Shown here: in pieces, positions 36,945 through 42,506 of the stretch
How the letters are laid out: every line of letters starts with the position of its first letter
How positions within the stretch are numbered: the first letter of the stretch is position 1
Assembly (NCBI GenBank): GCA_029858565.1
Contig: JAOUEV010000029.1
Span: forward strand, 1-42,506
DNA: 42,506 bases
Direction of reading: 5' to 3'
DNA from: Nitrospirota bacterium
Lineage (GTDB): Bacteria; Nitrospirota; UBA9217
The notes under the pieces: generated by a model
The model's input: the letters and a program-made list of their open reading frames with translations, nothing else
What the model was told of the DNA's origin: nothing
Databases searched by the model: none
Translations under genes and position numbers: made by a program

Positions 36945-37432
36945 TTGCGGGTCCACCAGAAATCGTTGTTATCCAGCGGGTCGAGGTAGCGCAGGCGGTC
37001 CCCGAAGTTCTTCTGGCGGGCAAGGCGCTGTTCGTCCGCTTCGTGCAGGAGCCGGTCTGTGGTCATGACGATGCCGATGACCGGTCCGTGCTTGCGAATG
37101 GCCTGAACGCTGTACTGGGAACAGGTGGGATGCATGGGGCAACGATCGCCATCCAGAGGTGATACGAAGTTCTGATAGATCTTGAGCATCCAGGAAAAGG
37201 GGGTCGCGGCCATTGATGTTTCGTGCTTTTCCGCGGATGGCCGTGCAGGCCGTTCACGGTCAGCTTTCGTCAGGATCACCGGTGCGTCGCTGTTCACGGA
37301 CCACGGTCCCCACGGTTCCGCGCCGATCGCCAGGTCAGGAGCAATGAGCAACAGCGCGAGCACGATGAATCCTGCCGGGTTCCCTGGGGACCGCATTGAG
37401 CATTTTTCGTTTGATGCGAGAAACACCTTCAT
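36941..37432 (-). CDS. YidD-like (membrane protein insertion efficiency factor) protein with N-terminal signal/TM extension
   Basis: YQNFVSP...CPMHPTCSQYSVQAIRKHG...DRLL...YLDP, preceded by a hydrophobic segment FIVLALLLIAP. Start is 37432 or 37396. Confidence 0.8.
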   Translation of the reverse strand: MKVFLASNEKCSMRSPGNPAGFIVLALLLIAPDLAIGAEPWGPWSVNSDAPVILTKADRERPARPSAEKHETSMAATPFSWMLKIYQNFVSPLDGDRCPMHPTCSQYSVQAIRKHGPVIGIVMTTDRLLHEADEQRLARQKNFGDRLRYLDPLDNNDFWWTRK

Positions 37433-37615
37433 GGCTCTTTATAAAGGATGTGAGCAGGACTTGTCAATGAAAAGAACGAACGACCTCCTGTGAATAAGTG
37501 CTGTCTTTTCGGATCGTGCAAGTCCTTTCCAGCCTGGAGCGCGTGAATCGCTATCACCGGGCGCCGCAGATCCATCGTCGGACGGGATCGAGGTCTCCCG
37601 AATAAAAAACACTCC

Positions 37616-37644
37616 TTGACAATCTCTGATGTTCCTTATAATAT
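37616..37644 (+). promoter_or_regulatory. Sigma70 promoter of the tRNA-bamD unit
   Basis: TTGACA (37616-37621), 17 nt, TAATAT (overlapping a TATAAT at 37637). Confidence 0.65.
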
Positions 37645-37654
37645 GTGCTCCCGT

Positions 37655-37741
37655 GCCGAAGTGGTGGAATTGGTAGACGCGCTGCGTTCAGGGCGCAGTG
37701 GGCTCACGCCCGTGGGGGTTCAAATCCCCCCTTCGGCACCA
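37655..37741 (+). tRNA. tRNA-Leu (anticodon CAG), CCA encoded
   Basis: Acceptor GCCGAAG/CTTCGGC+ACCA, D-loop GGAATTGGTAGAC, anticodon arm CTGCG-TTCAGGG-CGCAG, long variable arm and GGTTCAAATCC. Confidence 0.96.
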
Positions 37742-37765
37742 TTTTCAGATCTATAATGTCCTCCC

Positions 37766-38494
37766 ATGAATAAAATCCTGCTCATAGTGCTGTTCGCCTT
37801 CCTTGCCGGTTGCGCCAAGGAGCCGCCCTTCGATCCGGTCGCCGTGTTCAAGGATGCCGAAGAGAAGATGCGCAAGGAACGGTACGAGGACGCGCGCAAG
37901 GCCTACCAGGAGATCCAGGAAAAAGCTCCTGACCGGAGCTATGACGCGGACATCATGCTGAGGATCGCCGATACCTATTTCGGCGACGAAAAGTACAGCG
38001 AAGCGCTGGTCGAATACCAGTCCTTCCTGAACTTCCATCCCGTGCATCGCGACGCGCCCTACGCGCAGTTCCAGAAGGCCATGTGCAGCTACAAAGAGCT
38101 CACGACCATTGACCGTGACCCCGGTCTCGTGCGCGCGGCGCTCAAGGAGTTCCAGACCCTGCTGGAAAAGTATCCCAACAGCACCTACGAGGCGCAGGCC
38201 AGGTCCTACGTCTCCATCTGCAGGGACCGTCTGGCCGGGTATGAGCTTTACGTGGGCCGGTTCTATCACAAAAAAGGGTCCTACCGCGCTGCGATCGGTA
38301 GGCTGGAGAAGCTCGTGGCCGACTATCCCGGATCAGGCTCAGAAAAGGACGCGCTTCTCTACGCCGGCCTTTCCCATATGGAACTGGGAGAAAAGGCCGA
38401 AGCTCGGCAGACCTTTGAAAAGCTGACATCCCGGTATCCTTCCATGGCGGATCAGGTCACCCCCCTCATCACCAAGCTCAATACGCAGCCCTGA
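37766..38494 (+). CDS. bamD: Outer membrane protein assembly factor BamD
   Basis: Lipobox LAGC, TPRs, FLNFHP, IDRDP, YELYVGRFY and YRAAIGR. Confidence 0.9.
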   Translation: MNKILLIVLFAFLAGCAKEPPFDPVAVFKDAEEKMRKERYEDARKAYQEIQEKAPDRSYDADIMLRIADTYFGDEKYSEALVEYQSFLNFHPVHRDAPYAQFQKAMCSYKELTTIDRDPGLVRAALKEFQTLLEKYPNSTYEAQARSYVSICRDRLAGYELYVGRFYHKKGSYRAAIGRLEKLVADYPGSGSEKDALLYAGLSHMELGEKAEARQTFEKLTSRYPSMADQVTPLITKLNTQP

Positions 38495-38567
38495 TCATCT
38501 TCCCGCTGCGATATCCGATCCGGCGCCCGGCATGGTGCGGGCACCCTTCCGGACGAAGAGGCTTTTC

Positions 38568-39218
38568 ATGAAATACTATCCCCTGGCACTCGACATCAAG
38601 GGCCGCGCCTGTGTGGTGGCCGGCGGCGGTGCAGTGGCCGAACGTAAGGTCCTGTCGCTGATCAGCGCGGGCGCGTCCGTCACCGTGGTCAGCCCCGCGC
38701 TCACCGGAACGCTCCGGGCACTTACTGCGGAGGGGCGAATCTCCTGGCTGGAGCGCGCTGTTGCCGAAAGCGATCTGGAAAAGGCCTTTCTCGTGATAGC
38801 AGCGACCGATGACGGGGCGGTGAACGAGCGCATGGCCCAGCTGTGCCGTGACAGGGGGATCCTGGTCAATGTGGTCACGTCGCCGGCAGCGAGCTCGTTC
38901 CTGGTGCCTTCGGTTGTCGAACAGGGGGACCTCCTGATCGCCATATCCACGAGCGGGAACAGCCCCGCCCTGGCGCGAAAGGTGCGGGAGCGTCTTGAAC
39001 AGGAGTTCGGCCCTGAATACGCTGCGCTGCTCGAGGAGCTGGCGCGTCTTCGCAAAGAGCTTATGGCCGAGGTAGGGGATGAGCGGGTCAGGAGAAAGGT
39101 CCTTGAATCGGTCGTGGACTCCGATGTGCTGGCGTTGCTAAAGAAGGGCGAAGCCAAAGCAGCCGGCAAACGGATCAGAGAAATTGTGGCGCGAGAGACC
39201 GGGTACGGAGCACGCTGA
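38568..39218 (+). CDS. sirC: Precorrin-2 dehydrogenase/sirohydrochlorin ferrochelatase (CysG N-terminal, SirC-like)
   Basis: YYPL, VVAGGGAVAERK, LVIAATDD, LVNVV and IAISTSGNSPALA. Confidence 0.9.
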   Translation: MKYYPLALDIKGRACVVAGGGAVAERKVLSLISAGASVTVVSPALTGTLRALTAEGRISWLERAVAESDLEKAFLVIAATDDGAVNERMAQLCRDRGILVNVVTSPAASSFLVPSVVEQGDLLIAISTSGNSPALARKVRERLEQEFGPEYAALLEELARLRKELMAEVGDERVRRKVLESVVDSDVLALLKKGEAKAAGKRIREIVARETGYGAR

Positions 39219-39227
39219 GCAGGGACG

Positions 39228-41270
39228 CTACTTGGCCGCGCCGACAGCGGCCTTGATGGCTTCCTGGATCCTTGGCGCGTTGGGATGGTGCAGGAGGGCG
39301 TTGTTCAGGACGCCGAGCGCCTTGGCCTTGAGGCCGCTCTTGAGGTAGAAGCTGCCCAGTTCCAGATGATGCTCGATCCTTGTCTGGTCGAGCTCAAGCG
39401 CTTTTTTGAGCGGTTCCTCCGCTTCCTCCCGTCTGCGGGCGATGCGCGAGAGGGTGACGCCGTAATAAAAATGATATTGCGCCTGCGCCGGGTCCAGCCG
39501 GACCGCGGCGGCAAAGGGATCGACCGCCAGACCGAAATTGTTCGTGCGGAAATCCTTGAGCCCCTTGTTGAACTGCTCCAGGGCCTGCGCCGCCTTTTCC
39601 TTGCTTACCGCTGGAGTTCCCTGTCGTGACGGCCCTCCCGGGCCCTTGGCCTTCGCATCCTTTGTTCCGGCGTCGTAGATCACCGGCGCGAGCTTTCCTT
39701 CCCCTGCCAGAACGATCGCTTCCTGGACCTTGTCGACCCAGGAAACCTGCTCCAGCGCGGCATTCAGCACGCTGAGCGCCCGCGTCTTGAGCCCGCTCTT
39801 CAGATACAGGTTGCTTAACTCGATATGATATTCCACCTTCGTGGCGTCGAGCTCGATCGCCTTTTGGAGGACCTCTTCGGCTTCGTGCTTGCGCCTCGGT
39901 ATGTTCGCCAGGCAGATCCCGTGGTAGAAGAAGTACGGAGCCTTGATGGGGTCCATGCGGCTGGCCCAGGCGAATTTTTCCTCGGCGCCCCAATAGTTGC
40001 CGATCTTGAATTCCTTTAATCCCTCGGAGAACTGCTCGGCCGCGCGCGCAACCTTTTCCGCGTAGTTCTCCTGGTATTCCTCGGCACGTTTCTCAACGAA
40101 ATCGCCGCCGGACGGTCTCTGTGCCGCGGCGGGCGCCGTGGACCGGGTATTGCTCCGGTCGTAGGCTTCCCGCTTCGACGGATTGCTGAGAGTGTCATAG
40201 GCTTCGTGGATGCGGGTGAAGAGCGCCTCGAGCATGCTCTTGAGGTCGGCCATGGCAGCGTCGAAATGCCTGTCCGGATGGTACGCTTTTGCCAGTCGGA
40301 AGTAGGCATGCTTGATATCCGCCGCTGTCGCGGTCACCGCTACGTTCAGGACCTCGTAGTGGTTCTGGCGGGCAAGCGCTGTGTGGGCCTCTTGGATGGA
40401 TTCCCTGGTGACGACGATCTCAGGCTCCGCCCTGGCCCGTCCCCGCTGGGCTTCCTCGGACCGGACCGCAGCCTGGACCGCGCTCCGGGCGTCCTCCATT
40501 TCCTTTTCGCTCTTGATAGCGCCGATCTCGGCCATGCGGAGCGCGAGCAGAAGGTAGACAGCCTTGAGGGCATTGAAGTCGCCCACCCCGGAAAGCGAGC
40601 AGACCTCCTCGATGCTCCGTTTGCCGTCCACGAGCCCGAAAACGGTCCGCTGGTCCCCGGTCAATTGCGCGTCCTGGAACAGGCAGGACGGATCAGTAGC
40701 GGGACGGATAACCGTGTCCGGAGAGGGAAGGGATTTTCTCACGATCTGCCAGTCAAGGGCATTGACGCCTTCGAGCGTAAGGTTGCCGGTGCTCATCTGG
40801 AGCGGAATGATCTCATCCGCCGGTAGCGGGCCCTCGTCGAAGCGGTAGGTGCCGAGGCGAAGGTCGAAGAGGCTCAGAACGATCGCCTTGACCTGGTCCT
40901 TCACGCCTGCCACGAGGTCCTGGGGCGAAAGAAATCCCATCTGCACGAGCAAGGCTCCCTGTTTCTTTCCGGTCTTCTCGATCAGTTCGGACAGGGCGTC
41001 GTACTGGGCGCGGGTCAGCTTTCCCCCGCTCAGCAGCCGGTCGCTCAGGTGATCAGCAGGCAGTGTTGAGGCCGCGAAAATGATGTCGCCGTTCTTGAAG
41101 AACACTTTTTTTACGATAGGCAGCGCGGTCTGTGTCTGTACATATTCGAACAGGGCCGTGCCGGTCTTTGACTGGATGCGGAGAGCCTGGAAGAACCAGG
41201 GAACGGTCATCTGGCGGATCTCGCCGGACAGGGGGAAGGAGTTTTGCTCCTTGCAGGAATTCTGGGCCAT
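39228..41270 (-). CDS. DUF4388-J-domain-TPR protein
   Basis: N-terminal KKVFFKNGDIIFAAS...LSDRL, J domain NHYEVL...AYFRLAKAYHPD, and two duplicated TPR blocks. Confidence 0.88.
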   Translation of the reverse strand: MAQNSCKEQNSFPLSGEIRQMTVPWFFQALRIQSKTGTALFEYVQTQTALPIVKKVFFKNGDIIFAASTLPADHLSDRLLSGGKLTRAQYDALSELIEKTGKKQGALLVQMGFLSPQDLVAGVKDQVKAIVLSLFDLRLGTYRFDEGPLPADEIIPLQMSTGNLTLEGVNALDWQIVRKSLPSPDTVIRPATDPSCLFQDAQLTGDQRTVFGLVDGKRSIEEVCSLSGVGDFNALKAVYLLLALRMAEIGAIKSEKEMEDARSAVQAAVRSEEAQRGRARAEPEIVVTRESIQEAHTALARQNHYEVLNVAVTATAADIKHAYFRLAKAYHPDRHFDAAMADLKSMLEALFTRIHEAYDTLSNPSKREAYDRSNTRSTAPAAAQRPSGGDFVEKRAEEYQENYAEKVARAAEQFSEGLKEFKIGNYWGAEEKFAWASRMDPIKAPYFFYHGICLANIPRRKHEAEEVLQKAIELDATKVEYHIELSNLYLKSGLKTRALSVLNAALEQVSWVDKVQEAIVLAGEGKLAPVIYDAGTKDAKAKGPGGPSRQGTPAVSKEKAAQALEQFNKGLKDFRTNNFGLAVDPFAAAVRLDPAQAQYHFYYGVTLSRIARRREEAEEPLKKALELDQTRIEHHLELGSFYLKSGLKAKALGVLNNALLHHPNAPRIQEAIKAAVGAAK

Positions 41271-41277
41271 GGATGCG

Positions 41278-41286
41278 ATTATAGCA
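41278..41286 (-). promoter_or_regulatory. Extended -10 promoter 7 nt before ATG41270 (probable leaderless mRNA)
   Basis: Minus strand TGCTATAAT-cgcatcc-ATG with no SD. Confidence 0.6.
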
Positions 41287-41383
41287 GTTTTTATTTGACA
41301 GGGTAAAGGGAATTCTGGGCATACCAGGCTTTGGCGAAGCAGTCCGGCACGATGAGTGTCTCACCGTCCAGCCTCATTATAGA

Positions 41384-41412
41384 TTGACGGTGACAAACTA
41401 ATTTTCTATAAT
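41384..41412 (+). promoter_or_regulatory. Near-consensus sigma70 promoter
   Basis: TTGACG-17 nt-TATAAT upstream of ATG41466. Confidence 0.75.
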
Positions 41413-41465
41413 GACACGTGGTTTTCTGGACGCATCAGTCCTGCGGCGCCACCTGGGGGAAATTC

Positions 41466-42506
41466 ATGACGGACAGGGACCTCTATCTCGGCATCGACAT
41501 CGGTTCTGTCAGCGTAAAGACGGCGGTCCTCGATCCGCGGAAGACACCGGTAGCTGTATCCTATACGCGCATCAAGGGCGATCCGCGCGGCACGCTGGCC
41601 GAGGAATTGTCAGCGCTCGCGTCCCGGATGCCCCGGGACCGCATACGGGCAGCGGCCATTACCGGCAGCGGCGGCAAGAAGGTCGCCGGGGTCCTGGGCG
41701 CCTTGTTCGTGAACGAGATCCTGGCGCAGACCGCTTTTGTTTCCTGCTTCCATCCCGGTGCAAGGACGATCATCGAAATGGGCGGAGAGGACGCCAAGCT
41801 CATCATTCTGGGGCAGGGCGCCGAAGCGGGCAAGATCGAGGATTTCGCCATGAACGCCGCCTGCGCTGCAGGCACCGGCTCCTTTCTTGACCAGCAGGCG
41901 AACCGCCTGCGCCTTACCATCGAAGAGTTCAGCGCTCTCGCGCTCCGCTCCAAGGTCCCTCCCGCAATCGCCGGCAGATGCAGCGTTTTTGCCAAGAGCG
42001 ATATGATCCATCTGCAGCAGATCGCCACGCCGGATTACGACATTGTTGCCGGCCTCTGCTTTGCCATGGCGCGGAACTACAAGGCGACCGTTGGAAAAGG
42101 CAAGATGTTCACGCCGCCGGTGTTGTTCCTGGGCGGCGTCGCGGAGAACGAGGGGATGCGGCGGGCCTTCCGCGAGGTGCTGCATCTCAGCGACAGGGAC
42201 ATGATCGTTCCTGATCATTTCAACACTTCCGGCGCGATCGGCGCTGCGCTCATGGCCATTGACGGGGCTGCTGAAGCGCCTGTGTACCTTGGTCTTGCGG
42301 GACTTGCCGCGCAGCGGGATGCCGTGCAGAAGCAGGCCGGCTCGACCCTGCATCCGCTTTCAATGCCCGCCGGCATGATGGCCAATCCCGACCAGGACGC
42401 TGTCCCGGGGGCGGGGGTGACGGTCGATGCCTACCTGGGCGTGGACGTGGGGTCCGTGTCCACCAACGTGGTGGTGATCGACCGTCACCCCCGCCCCCGG
42501 GACAGC
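41466..42506 (+). CDS. 2-hydroxyacyl-CoA dehydratase activase-type ATPase (BadF/BadG/BcrA/BcrD), multi-domain, truncated by window end
   Basis: Not in the ORF track because it has no stop. Manual translation gives MTDRDLYLGIDIGSVSVK, ITGSGG, EMGGEDAK, FAMNAACAAGTGSFLDQQA, AGRCSVFAKSDMIH, GGVAEN, and a second domain beginning YLGVDVGSVSTN. Confidence 0.92.
   Translation, partial: MTDRDLYLGIDIGSVSVKTAVLDPRKTPVAVSYTRIKGDPRGTLAEELSALASRMPRDRIRAAAITGSGGKKVAGVLGALFVNEILAQTAFVSCFHPGARTIIEMGGEDAKLIILGQGAEAGKIEDFAMNAACAAGTGSFLDQQANRLRLTIEEFSALALRSKVPPAIAGRCSVFAKSDMIHLQQIATPDYDIVAGLCFAMARNYKATVGKGKMFTPPVLFLGGVAENEGMRRAFREVLHLSDRDMIVPDHFNTSGAIGAALMAIDGAAEAPVYLGLAGLAAQRDAVQKQAGSTLHPLSMPAGMMANPDQDAVPGAGVTVDAYLGVDVGSVSTNVVVIDRHPRPRDS

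Noticed and set aside
29939-37600. tRNA-integrated genomic island or prophage
   Set aside because: The cluster lies 5' of the tRNA, and I saw no integrase, att-like duplication of the tRNA 3' end, or phage genes.
37655-37741. tRNA as tRNA-Sec (long variable arm, TCA inside the anticodon loop, selenoprotein in window)
   Set aside because: The 7-nt loop TTCAGGG centres on CAG. The 7-bp acceptor stem and A discriminator fit tRNA-Leu, not Sec.

Overview
GC-rich, standard-code (table 11) bacterial chromosome segment. Gene content suggests an anaerobic diderm of Nitrospirota or deltaproteobacterial type (inference only). The housekeeping core is mrcA-ileS-lspA-lgt-rluD, rlmN, dtd, tRNA-Leu(CAG)-bamD-sirC, a J-domain/TPR protein and a partial CoA-substrate activase. 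It is interleaved with many envelope and lipoprotein modules. Highlights: (1) an exported tandem rhodanese split by an in-frame UGA in its active-site loop (CxxxxU), followed by a SECIS-like hairpin; this is probably a selenoprotein and lies directly upstream of a chemoreceptor. (2) An unannotated cluster at ~32.1-37.4 kb with two LolA-like paralogues, two TPR proteins with TM2/P13-like membrane tails, a small exported protein with the same motif, and a signal-peptide-bearing YidD paralogue, next to an exported caspase-like protease. (3) A hydrolase-DUF3015-DUF4105(Lnb-like)/beta-barrel trio. (4) A decaying RAYT-type transposase bounded by inverted repeats. (5) A LytS/LytTR pair with phased GTT boxes upstream of an ABC/LolA-like/OMP operon. 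(6) Recurrent 7-8 bp tandem repeats at intra-operon junctions, several apparently leaderless genes, and a possible GGA-rich sRNA. All family assignments come from motif recognition, not database searches.
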